NCBI GenBank assembly: GCA_043228905.1
Contig: JBHGNT010000022.1
Coordinates: 7,440,001 to 7,504,000, forward strand
DNA: 64,000 nucleotides
Direction: 5' to 3'
Origin: Azolla caroliniana
Lineage: Eukaryota; Plantae; Polypodiophyta
How positions within the stretch are numbered: the first letter of the stretch is position 1; each line of letters begins with the position of its first letter. The notes beneath the pieces are model-generated. The model was not told the origin of the DNA, did no database searches, and worked only from the letters and a program-made list of their open reading frames with translations. A program made the position numbers and the translations under genes. Below, piece by piece: positions 36,710-49,800 of this stretch.

Positions 36710-37980
36710 CGTTGAGTGACAAGCTCAACATGGGCTAGATCGGCTGAAAAAGCAAAAAGCCAGATCAAATGTAGGTTGATCGGCTAGGCCCAGATTGGTT
36801 GAAGAAGCTAGAACCCGGATCGAACAAAGATCGATTGGCTAGGCCGGATCGACTAGGAGCCGACAAGCTGTTAGGGGCCTATATTCCTATTTTAGTAAAT
36901 AGGAATATTATAGGTTGATAGTGTCAGTAGCTCATTCATGAGCATTGAAGTACTTGTCAGTACTTCTGCCAGCCTGTTGGAGGACTTCTATAAAAGGTGC
37001 TCAATGAGCACATTGTTATGTATTGTTAAGAATTAGGTAATTAAGCAAGGGTTAATTAGTACCTAATTATGTGATGAAGCTAAGCGTACGATTATGTGAT
37101 ATGTGTATGTATGTGTGTGAGAGGAAGAGAGAGAGGAAGATACACTTATGAACAACACAAGATGGGGGATGATAAACTCTATATTAAATTAGCAATATCA
37201 TCATCAAATACAAAAATACCCACAATAAGGTATATATACATCTCATGTGCAAAGGCGCACATGTGTGAGTAGAATATAGGTACTAAGATGTAAGTCCTAT
37301 ATTAAATGTACTTAGGAGTATAGGATCTAGAATATCTCACTTAAGTACAAGGTCCTATTTAAGGCGTTATAGTCAACACTCCTAACTAGATTCTATCTAA
37401 GTAACTACGAAGTTACATAGTTGACTAAATAACTAAACTAGGTTGAGCTTGATCTCTCAACATGTACATAGCGCTATTATTTTTTAATATAGTTTTTTGT
37501 GTTTGCCCAACTCTCTCTCTCTCTCTCCTTACATTCTATGTGTTTACCTAACTGTTTGTAGGTGACTGGTTGAGCCGGCTATGTCCTGTGTACGAGATTC
37601 CACACATTATTCTTTTACATGGTATCAAAGCGTGAGGGTTGAGAATCCTCTTCGGCCGACAAACATTTCAGTACAGACAAGCGTTTGAATCTCCGAACAA
37701 AGTGTGATAGGAACATTTATAGAGGAATGGGTAGCTTGCTGACGTCAGAAAAACTTGATAGGAGCAACTGTGCATCTTGGGCATACAAGATATATTAGTA
37801 CCTACTTGGACACAACTATTGGAGCTACGTAGAAGGAGCAAACGAAGTACCACAAGAATCGACACATAGAGACTTCCCAGCTTGGGAGCAAGCAACAAGC
37901 CAAGTCTTGTACTACTTTGCCTTGTGTATCTACGATCAGATGTTCGAGTACATTAGGGATGCAAAGTCGCCAAAGGATCC
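36710..37980 (+). mobile_element. family A-related copia 5' end: LTR ~36710-37619, PBS 37620-37631, truncated gag
   Basis: TGGTATCAAAGCGTGAGGGTTGAGAA leader nearly identical to family A; MGSLLTSEKLDRSNCASWAYK gag start near 37726. Confidence 0.85.
37024..37462 (-). mobile_element. solo LTR inserted in the family A-related LTR
   Basis: TGTT...CAACA ends, TGTAT/TGTAC TSD; end GGTTGAGCTTG..CTCAACA resembles the family A LTR. Confidence 0.75.
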
Positions 37981-38009
37981 AAGAAGATGACAACAAAATC
38001 ACCGAGTTG

Positions 38010-40070
38010 ATCTCAGAAAACGTCATTCATCGCTTGTTGGAATGTGGCTGGAGCATTAGTCAACTCGAAAGGTATGACTAAAAACTCATAATGGCCATAG
38101 CGCGTATGAAAGACGGTTTTAGGAATATCATTATCAGCAATGCGAATATGATGATAACCTGTTTGTAAGTCAATTTTCGTAAAATATTGGGCCCCATGAA
38201 AACGATCAATCAAATAATCGGCACGAGGTAATAGATATGCATTTTTAATTGTCATTTTATTCAAACTGCGATAATTGATACACATCGCCATGAACCTTCC
38301 TTCTTCTTAACTAATAGAACTGGCGCACCTCAAGGTGATTTACTATACCTAATGTGGTCCATACTCAAGTATTCCTTAAGTTGTTTAACGATCTCATCTT
38401 CTTCTAATCGACTAAGTCGGTAAGGTGGAATGCTCACAGGAGCAACAACGGGGATGAGTTCAATTTGGTGGTCCACATTATGTTTTGGTGGTAAAGTAAG
38501 GGGCAATTCGTTAGGAAACACGTCTTGAAAATCGTCTAAAATAGAGTTGAGTAACCGTTGTTCATAATGTGGTAATTGTGTGGTGTCAATATTAAAATAA
38601 TAAAATTGAAGCACAAGATCAATTACACGAATAAATTAATGAACTAGAATACTCAAAGAGTTAGAAGAAACAAGTGAACGAGAAGGAAGTTTGGAACATT
38701 GAATAAAATGTTTACAATTATTAAGTTTAAATGTGATTGAGTGATTAACCCAATCAATGGACAAAGAAGGGTTTTTATTAAAAAACCAAGGGTATCCTAA
38801 AATGATATTTGCGGATTGTAGTTTCATAACATGAAAGTCTAACTTCTCCAAATAGGTATCTATTTGAATTGACAGTTGACAAACACTGATGTATTGAACG
38901 CTTCCATTTGCCATGTGAACTTGATAGATATGATCACTTGCGTTTATGTGGAGTTCCATTTGTTGCACAAAGTGATCATTAAGAAAATTGTGAGAACTAC
39001 CGAAATCAAACAAGAAATGTGCTTGTGTTCCATTGATATACTCGATTGCTCGGAGTAAATCATTAGATCCAAGTAAATGTGAAGGAAAAGTGCATTCACA
39101 TGAACTTAAGTGGTTGGTATGAACTTCAACAACATCAAAAGACTCACATGTGTGACTCGTAGATTTGTCTTGAGGAGGGGTGATCATTGACTTCCTCTCA
39201 AGACGACATGTATCCTTTGTGTGGCCCCGCTTCTTGCAATATGCACAGAAGAGGTTTAGTTTCTTGGATTCATAGTGAAGAGTGTCACTGGATTGCTTAC
39301 GTTTCCCAATGAACTTGACATTCGGAGTTTTGGCGAACTCAGGTTTATTGTGGTATTTCTTGGAAGTCCTATGGTACCGAAGTACAATGTGACGGCTTTC
39401 TTGAAAGTTGTGGGGTCCTTGTCATGGAAAATCCAATGGTAATACCCATTGGGAATACCATTCAAAAAGCAAGCAACAAACCATTTCTCACCCGTAAGTC
39501 TCGACTTTTGGATCTAGGTTCGAGCATGATGCACATAATCTCGAGAGAGGTAAATGGCTTACTCGACAACGTGAGCAAGTGTTGCGCTTGTTCAGTTTAA
39601 GAAGGTGGCTGCAAAAACTGTTTCTTAAAAACATCAACGAAACCTTCCGAAGTTGTGGGTAAGTTCTTTGCAGTCCTTAGGCCGCGCCACCAAGCAGCAA
39701 CTCGGCCACCTAACTCACGACCGACGTAACCAATTTTTACAGTATCGGGCTTGGGATAGAGCTCAAAGTGAGACTCCCAACGACCAAGCCAAGTGCTAAT
39801 GGCCTCCTCGGTTCTTTCTTTCTTATCTCCCTTGAATGGCGTTACTACGAAAGAAGGTTCACCTTTTTTCTTGGACTCAATAGTCAATTCTTGGAATTTT
39901 TGTTCCAATGCCATATTGGCTTGTCTCATTTCGGCCAATTGATTCAAGGTAGTAGTGAGCAATTCCTCAATAGTTATCTCAGCTTGTGTGCGAGATGTGG
40001 ATTGGAATTGAGAGGTCTCGGTCAGAGAGATCGATCCAACATCGTTCAAAACTTGTTCTATGATGCAAGC
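38010..40070 (-). mobile_element. degenerate gypsy (chromovirus-type) gag-PR-RT fragment
   Basis: Gag 39597-40049, CAYCKKRGH knuckle, protease [44 protein letters not shown]. Confidence 0.88.
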
Positions 40071-41059
40071 TGTGGGTATGCAATATAAATAAGGAGGTTC
40101 AGAAAATACACAAGCAAAATGAATGCTTGAAATTTTGATTGTAAGAACTTTACCAAGAAAGCATCTCCCGTCTTTACCCCTCTAGACATATGAGATGTGA
40201 TTTGAGATTCGATAACTATGGTAACACTATGGTGTTTTAAAAACCATGGGGGAAAACATAGCTAAGATGTCTTTCTCAGATATCTATCTTGAATAATCAT
40301 GGCGGCTCCCTAAGGCTCAACCATAGTTCTAACATCAATGTAGTTTCCTAGTTAGCCTTATATTAGAATGCCAACCCAACATGTATTGATATAGTCGAGA
40401 AACTGTATTGCGTGAAAAAACAAGTGCACTCACAAGTAATATTCTAGTCTTGCGAGTAGCAAGCAAATGTTATGAAAAAAAGAGAAAAAGAAGTAACTAT
40501 CTATAAGCGTCAAGAAATGACGAAAACAAGGTTCAAAAACCATGCGTTGTCTACTAAAAACAAATACCACCAATAAATGGATGGTGCGAGGTATGCACAT
40601 ATCCATCCCAATATGGCGATTGTAATGTGCACAATTGTGACATAAGCCACAAGTTGATACAAATGGTGGTGGTGTTGTGCGCAAAGATGTAGTACTCAAA
40701 TTTATGAGTAAAACATCAATCGGGGAACTCATGTGGTTTTACTTGATAATATGAATTAAACCTAGATGAGCCGTTGGAAAAAATCGTTCAAAAAACGGCA
40801 TGATTCCCACTAAATACGAAAAAATAGTCTACACGGAAGCGTTACATCATAGGTAAATGCAGATAAATCATTTAAACATGACAAGGAAAGAAAAAGTGAG
40901 AGTTAATTGTGGGTGGGTAAATGACAATTACTAGAAAATCATACAAAAGGGAAATGAAAATTTGTGTAATTAGAAATTAATTAGAATAATAATCAATTAG
41001 GTGTATGGAACATTAAGCATACCTTAAGTAAGAAACCCTAGGGTAATTGACATGCACCT

Positions 41060-41405
41060 CCTCAAGACCACCACATCCCATAGAATTGGCCAAGTGATAG
41101 CTCAATAGAGAGTAGAGTGGCATAGGTAGGCGACATACACATCGTTAAGACCACAACATCTCATAGAATCGGCCTAGTGATGGCTCAATAAAGGGAAGGG
41201 TGCCATACTCAATATCATATGCAAAAGTGTCATGAGGTGAGCGTGTGCGATTAGGGCAAACATGCTCGACCCGATGCACAAGAATAATTATTACCATAAG
41301 AAATGGCTCAAGAGAAGAGAGAGTGGGATATACATCGCAATATGCAAAAGGGCCATGAGTTGAGCGTGTACAATTAGTGCAAACACGCTCTACCCGATGC
41401 ATAAG
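41060..41405. repeat. degenerate tandem duplications (~80-120 bp units)
   Basis: AAGACCAC.ACATC.CATAGAAT.GGCC.AGTGAT.GCTCAATA twice; ATATGCAAAAG..CATGAG.TGAGCGTGT..CCCGATGCA twice. Confidence 0.7.
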
Positions 41406-42124
41406 TAGATTAACATCGTATCATGGTAGAAAGAAGAAAGAAAAGAAAAGAAAACATAATACCACTTCCATATGACCAAGAAGAAAGCATCATAGAAAAG
41501 AAAAGAAAGATCAAGAAAGAAGAATACTGGGTTGAGAATGTTGTTTTGATCCTGTGAAGAGCAAGATGAGCCTTGTTAGATCCCCATCGCTCACACGCAA
41601 AAAATATCAAAACAACAAAAAAATTTGTTAGTAAATGATTTGATACCACAGTTAAGAGTCTATTACTAATCAATAGACCAAACTAAAGTAAAAGAAGGAA
41701 AATAGAATGGATAGAAGAACCTATTCCACCCGACCACCCCCGAGCAATGATCTAGACATAGACAACCTACCACCGACGTCACATACCGCTGGATATTAGG
41801 ATGGCTAATACCTTGGAAGAGATAAACATGATCGTCGAGATGAAAGCCTAGCTTGCACCACCGGTGTCTAAGACAACAACCTTTCGACGTAATGTGCTTA
41901 TGAGGGTAGCTAAGCCTCATATTTGTACCTTTTCCTAGGCTCCTTGAATAGATGTGCCTTTCTAAAAGGTTCTCCATTCATTGGTTGCCCAAATCATGAT
42001 AGTGCATGCACCCATCATGCCTTCTATCCAATCACATTAGCCCCTTTTTAACATTAGTGAACATACCCTTCACTAATGTAAATATTAGTGACCCACCCTC
42101 ACCAACATTATGTGTACATAACAC

Positions 42125-42370
42125 TATGAGACCAAAAATATTACATTTCATATAATACATGTGAAAATGAGTAGCAACTCTCAGTGTTCAAGAACTTTAC
42201 CAATGAATGTTGCAATCAAGAGTGCACATTGTGATTGTGAGAGAAATTTGTGCAAGGATTGGGCTTGGTTGAAGATGTGTGGAAAGCATGGTCGAATATG
42301 ATCAAAGGTAGAGCATTGTGTCAAAGTGTCATACTCAGACTCTCAAACTTGTTTCGAACAAAGTTTCCAT
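42125..42370 (-). mobile_element. third LINE 3'-end fragment
   Basis: CTATGAGACCAAAAATATTACATTTCA... homologous to 26286-26510. Confidence 0.85.
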
Positions 42371-42376
42371 AATAGA

Positions 42377-43780
42377 TGTTAGAGTCTAACTAATTATTTA
42401 AGAACATAAGGAATTATATACCAAAGAAAGGACTTGGAAGGGTGTCAAACTACGCAACCACCCTCTAACACCGGCATGAGATGGGCTCGTACCTCCTCGA
42501 TATCCCACGCCATCGAGGATTAATGTGAGTTGCACCTTGGATTTTGCGAGGAACACACATGCGTAGTTTACAAGAGCCATAGCCACTCTATCATAGTCTC
42601 AACATAAGACAAGCCTCCCTTGATAAGAATGTAGTTAGCCTCCTTATATAGGCAGAAACCCTAAGGCCCTAGTGTGTTCACAGTTGTCTGCTTTATTTGA
42701 AGTGGTCAAGTGATAACACACTTAATAGTATCCCACACCATGGAATTGATTATTACAATTCATACCCGCATTCCTTTCATAATTAGCGAACATGTGCTCA
42801 TCATAAGCTTGGGGGAAACTACAGAAAACCTATCACATTATCAATTTTGGTTATGCACATAACATATTCCCCCACTTTAAAAGATTGCACTCTTGTAATG
42901 ATTACTTGAGGGAAGTATGTTTTGATGTGCTTTGCCAACTAAAATATAATCAATTAGATAAATAAACGAATATGTTTGAGAACTATGAAAAATCTACAAA
43001 CTTGTGGGATAAATTGAGCATACTTATAGACAATATCTTAAAAGTTTAAAATATAAATACCATCTAGGCTTAAATGCATGAAGTTGCCAAATGCTTGTTG
43101 GCATAAAATCATGCTTTGTATTGAGCAATAGTAACTTGTCTCGTGCAATTTAAAAGATATGTTTGCATACCCCTTAGATAGTTTATACGATGTATAACTC
43201 ATGTAAATGAATATTAACATCAATCAAGGCTCATGGCTATACCCAATTGATACATGTGTGGAGGAAACTCCATAATAGGAATCTATTGTTCCTATCAGCT
43301 TGAAGCATATCGTCATTTATTTGAACACTTGTTTTATTGGTCCATCAGACTGAGTTTGGTCGATGGAGCCTATGCTCAACGTTGTTTCTAGTGTTCCATA
43401 ATAGAATTTTCAACAAAAAATTTATTAGTAACTTGAAAACATTAGCAGTCATTATATGTTGATAACTTGACAATGATGACCATTTAGTCACATTAATAAT
43501 TAATAACAAGTTAAAAGAAATGAGTAGAGATGATAATAAGTGTATGATGTATTCCAAGATGCCTTAGTGGGAGTGCAAAATGACTCATGTTTTTGACCTC
43601 AAACAAATTTGGAACATAAACTTTTCCAATATGGTTGAGCAGACCGTTATCAATGTGGAAGGTTCCTTTCGAGGGTGCATTGCTCATGATTTTCAAAATA
43701 GATTTGACTCTTGCCCATGATTTTCAAAATAAATTGTCATCAAGGTACTTCCATCGAAGGTGATCACAATGAGCATATTG
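42377..43780 (-). mobile_element. old gypsy remnant: 3' LTR 42377-42864, PPT and highly decayed integrase
   Basis: TGTTA...TAACA ends, PPT AAAGTGGGGGAATA; YVPN..HLG remnants at 43511-43696. Confidence 0.6.
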
Positions 43781-45306
43781 TTAATAAAGTTAATTAAGTT
43801 ATCCTAATGTATACGACTTAAGATATTAATGATAATATTGAAAAATCATTAATTAAAACTATCTAATGAAAAATCAAAGTCATTAATGAGCTTCACCTCA
43901 GGACTATCGATTTGTAGTTACAACCCATGAGTTTTTGTTGGTCATAGAATATTTCAAGGACTATCAGTTCATAGTTACCCGAAAATGTTTTCCATATAGG
44001 TAGTATCTCTCTATTTCATTATGCATTCCAAATCTCAAATAGTTCTGTTCGTGAACTATGAACTGAGATTGATTAGAAAAAAAAATGAATTAAGTAATTT
44101 AAATGGAGGAGATTGTCACAAATGTTCTTGAGGTGTATTTAATGTTTGTTGTTAACCAAAGAATGAATAATGTTTTGGACATGATAAGGGATTTAAATAC
44201 TAGATTTTCACTTTCTCTCTATGAGAAAGATGAAGTTGTATCCATTAGTCGTATGCCCAAACTAAGCAACTAATATGAAAACATTATTTGCCAAAAAATC
44301 TAATTTGACAGTACGACATGACTTTATCGAAATGGCAATAGTTGCTACAGTCCATATTTCACAAGTAATAGGACTGACATACCCCATAATGTCATACAAT
44401 AACAAATGTATCCATTCTTAATAATCCTCAAGTTAAGGATCAATCTCTAATTTGGATTGACCAAGAACATACAAAGGAATAAAAATAGGTATCACACTAT
44501 GTATTAGATCAAAATAATGGTTAACATTACATGATGTAGGAGACAATTATCTAGACAACAACTCAAAACTCTTATAGGAGTACCAAACTATCTTTATTCA
44601 TTGGAAACTAGAATGTTTGAGGTAAGATATACAAAAAGATTTGAAATAGATGACGTATAACATATTGAGTAAAGTACTATCAAAGTGAAAGAATAACAAA
44701 GATCAATTGATAAGTCCATGCAAAGGAAACAAATCAAATGAGTTGGCAAAAATAGGAAGTTACTTAGATGTTCAATATTAACCTCAAGAAATGAAGATTG
44801 GACAAAGGTCTAGAGGCATGTACTTTTGCTCTTAATGCATTTACTCAAACTTATGGCATTAATCTAAAATCTGGCCCTTCTTTTCTAAATGCATATGCAA
44901 AACTAAATCACTTAGAGTCGTTTAAAAGAATTCATTGGGTGTCTTATGTTTCCCAATGAATTTTTACTTATTAGAAATATAAACTAGGGGTTGTTATGGT
45001 CCTTCCTTGAAGTATGTTTATAACGAAGTAAAATCTTAAGGTCCTTAAGGTTTTTATTATAGTCCAAGTTTGAATGAAATATAATCAACAAGTAATTTTG
45101 GAACTATCGAAATCTAGATGGAGTTTCACATCTAACAAAGCCAAGTACTAAATTTTCTTCGATTTTTTTTTTCATCTCTCTTATAAGTCTTGAAGGCCTT
45201 AGACATATCATTGAAAGAATTACAATGTGAAAGCTAAACAAAAATCACAACCGGCTCACCTAGATCGCAACAGAAAACACAAAGAATGGAATACGTTGAG
45301 TAGGTG

Positions 45307-45339
<33 letters not shown>

Positions 45340-46636
45340 GAACGCAAAAAACTACAATTTCAAAAAATGAATGCTCTGTACATACAATGTGATCTGTAAG
45401 CACTTTTATACAAGTCTGTAAAGGACTGACAGAAGTACTAACAAGTACGTCAATGCTCATACCGAACGACTGACACTAACTCCTAAGAATATGCCTACGA
45501 AGTGCTAGGCTAGGATCGTAGGCCTCTGACGGCCTACTAGTTACGCTCAGATCCGGACACCAATGCGGCTCTCCGTCCCGGACACCGATCCGGATCATGT
45601 TGAGCTTGTTCGCTCAATAGTCCCCGTCAAGCTCAACTTGAGGTCAGATCGTAGTGTTAGTGTCCGTTGGTCCTTTCCTCCGGCTACTCCTTTAACCCTC
45701 TCGGTCGGCTTGTCTACTCATCAGGACCATCTCAGCTCCCTTGATCTCATAGTACTGGCACCCCTCGATCCATCAGATCTTTTGTGTCGGCTTCAGCTTC
45801 GGCTGCCCTTTTGTCCACCTAGCTTTTACAGGATCTGTCTCATTCAGATCAATCTTCTCTCCTGAATCAGTTGTCTCCAATTAGTCTTCTTCAAGGCCCT
45901 TAACCACACTGACCACGTCTTGGGCCTAGCCTTCTTGCCCTTCTTGGATTTACCTCCCCTTGTTCGGTCGGTTTCGGCTCAGGCTCGATCCTTTGGTCGC
46001 TCCCCCTGTATCCGTCCTCGGCTTCTTTAGCCATCCCGAAGTCGAATTCTTCATCCGATTTAGAATTCCAGACTTCTTCTTCTTCTTCTTCTCTTCCACT
46101 CCTTCTCCCCCTGAAGGTGGGCATGTCAAGGTGTTGCAAACCAAGCACTCCCGAGAGTTGCCACAACTTGTCTAGGCCAAGGGGTTTGGTAAAGATATCA
46201 GCAATTTACCGATCTGTCGGAACATACACAAGTTCCACCTCACTGTAGAGGACTTGCTTGCAGACAAAATGATAGTGCACCTCAATGTGCTTGGTCGGAG
46301 TGTGGAAGACGGGATTTTTCGCCAACTGGATGCTACTGAGGTTGCCGCAATAGATCATCGTCGGATTGGACACTTCCATCTGCAAATTCTTCAGTAGCCT
46401 ATTGAGCCATATGGCTTCGCATGTTGCGACAACCGCTCCTTGATATTTGGCCTCCGTGCTCAACAGTACAACTGTCGGCTACTTTTTGCTTCTCCAATCG
46501 ATCGCTGCGCTTTCAAGTGAAAATGCATAACCGGATGTAGACATGTGGTAGCCGACATTTCGGGCCCAATCAGAATCCGTGTGGTTGACCAATTGTTCGG
46601 CAATACCGGTCTGATACAACAATCCCTTGTCCTTAG

Positions 46637-46763
46637 TGCTGGCATAAAAAGCGGACTCGTTCCAATTTGTATCATAGTGTGAACTAGTCCAAAGAGTTAG
46701 GGGTTATTATATAAGCAATAACCTAACGTTGTAAAGAAAAACCCCTTGATCATCTTGTAAATC

Positions 46764-46810
<47 letters not shown>

Positions 46811-49800
46811 GATGAAATAACAAAGCTTTCATTAAAGCTTAAACCATGTCTATCTTCTGTTATAACTTCTTGCCTCCATTCTGTGTAGTTTGTTGAACGC
46901 ATACGATAGGTCCTCACACACACACACACACACACACACTTACGTTTGCGCACATATCTGTCCTTCAACTGGTATCAGAGCGACTTGCGGTTCGGCGGCA
47001 ACAAATAGCAAAGAAGCTGAAAGAATAAAGACCAGGTCAGTAAAATCTCACTTTCAAAGAAGAACATGGCTTCAACATCTGGAACAGGAGTTGAAATCAG
47101 AAAATTCGATAGCAATTACTTTGCCCTATGGAAGGAAATGATGCAAGACGTGTTGATCATCAGAAGACAAGTCGAAGCCATTTGACACAGTGAAAAACTG
47201 TGACCCGTAGGAGTTGTACGGGGTGGTATAAGGGTAAAACACGTTAAATGGGTTGTTTGGTATGTGTAATGTATATGAGTGTGAGGATGAGTATGTGTGA
47301 GCACATGCACAATTATGTGCATGTGACAAGAATGTAACGGTCTCTTTTTGTAACGGACATATTATTTACTATTACATTATGTATTATATAAATCCCTTAT
47401 GGGGCATGTAATGAGATATAGTTTTCCCCCCTCTCATTTGGTGTCATTTCCTATTTGTCCTTCTCTCTTGCTCTCTCTCTAACGTAACCCCCTTCGGAGC
47501 GGGGTGAAGCCATTCTAGGCTTCACCCCCCCACCCCAACAACAAAAACCTCCCTTGATGATAGCTGAAGAGTAGAGATTTACAAACTAAATCGCACGCTC
47601 CACCATCCGAATGCATCTAGCCAAAAACGTCTAATTCAGTATGGCAAAAGAGACGATAGTGTTCTCATTGTGGGAGAAGCTACAAGCCGTGTACGAGAAA
47701 AAGTCCTCATCTTCAAAATTGATTTTGATCAAAGAACTGTTCAACATGAAGATCAGAGAGACTGATCCAACTACCTCCCACATCAACACCTTCAGCCGGG
47801 TGTTGACAGAACTCTCCTCACAAGGGATCAACTTCAAAGAAGAAGTGAAAGCCCTTGCCCTCCTATCGAGCTTGCCGGCGAGTTGGGAGGTATTCTGCAC
47901 GACATACGTCAATAGCCGACAAATCCTTAATCTGGATGAGACGATCGGCCAAGTCCTCACCGAGGACATTCGACGAAAATCGATGGGACTCAACATCGAC
48001 GAGTCGGCAGAAGCCCACCACTAGACCGAGTCAGTCAATTGATTGGGTCGATCAAGAGAACAAGCCGAGAGAGTCGATTGACACCATAGTCGATCGAAAA
48101 CGAGGGGAAGTAAAAAACGGGCCGATTAGGCAAATTCTGCACACATTGTAGAAAAGTTGGTCAAAATGTTTCCGAATGTTGGTCGATCAAGAGGAAAGAG
48201 CGTGGTCGACGATCCGACTCGGACCACTCTCTAGTCGGTAGCCAAATCAACGTTGCTGACACCCGATCAAGAGAAATTCTCTCCTTAGAGGATTTAATGA
48301 TCGAAGAAGTCCTCTATAGTGCACACACGTGGTTACTGGATTCCGGTGCCACATTCCATGTGACCCCCAACATCGAAACTATTCAACCAACACAGTTTGA
48401 CTAGGCAATGAGTAGGGATGCAGAATCACAGGGACGGTAGAGGCTCCCATCTGATGGCCAATTGGCAGCATGATCACCTTGCACCAAGTCCGGCACATAC
48501 CTGATCTGAAAAGGAGTCTGGTCTCCATCGACATGTTAGCCGAAGACGGGTATTGAACAACTCTCAATGAGTCAACACGGATGATCATTTGAGGAAATCT
48601 CAACATCGGGAGTGGACACAAGTACAATAACTTGTACCCACTGATGGCGATCAATCTAGAAGGGGTCGTGAATGTAGCCGAAAAGACTGACCCAAACCTA
48701 TGGCATGCTTGTCTCGGCCACATGTCTCAAGCCGGACTCGATCGGCTAATGGAGGTGGGCTACATCTTGATAGTCCAAGCAACGACGGACGTCTGTGAGC
48801 ATTGTCAATACGGGAAACAAACCCGAAGTCTGCATTCTCTCCACTGTGAGATGGTATGATAGTCCCTAGAGCTCGTGCACACAGATATATGCGGGCCTAT
48901 GCCAGATCGATCACTAGGAGGCTCTCGGTACTTCATCACTTGTGTAGATGACTACACACGGAAGGTATGGGCCTACTCCATCAGGTCCAAAGACGAAGCA
49001 CTCGAGGTCTCCTCTCAGTGGATAATTGAAGTGGAGAACCGGTCAGGATACAGAGTGAAGACTCTGATCCGACAGTGGAGGAGAATACACCTCCCGAGCC
49101 TTCAACCAATACCTGTCTGACAAAGGGATTCAACATCAAAAGACCGCTCCTTACAAAATGGTGTGGTAGAACGAATCGACCAGGACAGAGTGATGACAAT
49201 GCTCTAGCAAGCTGGACTGAAGCTGGATTTCTAGGCCGAAGCATTGTAGACGGAAGTATATTTGATCAACCTATCGCCGTCGAAAGCAATCAGGCTCGAA
49301 GTGCCACATGCACTATGGTCAGGCAAACAACCGACCTACGACAAGCTTCGTATATTCGGATGCGAAGCCTACGTGTTCATCGCTAGGGAGAAAAGGACCA
49401 AGTTGGCACCCCATGCGATGAAGTGCATATTTCTCGGTTATGGAACCGATGAGGACTTCGACTATAGGCTATGGGACTCGGAGAACCGGAAACCGATCTA
49501 GCGCAGTGATGTAGTCTTTATCTTCTGTCAACGGAACCAATAGAAAATAGTTGGTAAAAAGGTATTCGTCAAAGCCAACAGAGATGTCGTAGAAGGATCG
49601 TCCCACCAAGCTGAATTGAAGTTTTGACAAACAGTCGAACTCGACCAAGCCGACAACATATCTGCCGACTTCGAATCAGTAGGAGGTCCACTAGTCGAAC
49701 TAGAAGATAAAGCCATCAAAGATAAAGCTGATTCGACAAGAGTCGGCAAAGTCAACAAGATGTGATTTGGAAACAGACCCGAGTCAACAAAGTCTATAGG

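Noticed and set aside
43900-45200. possible ancient L1 LINE remnant
   Set aside because: Too degenerate to support by eye.
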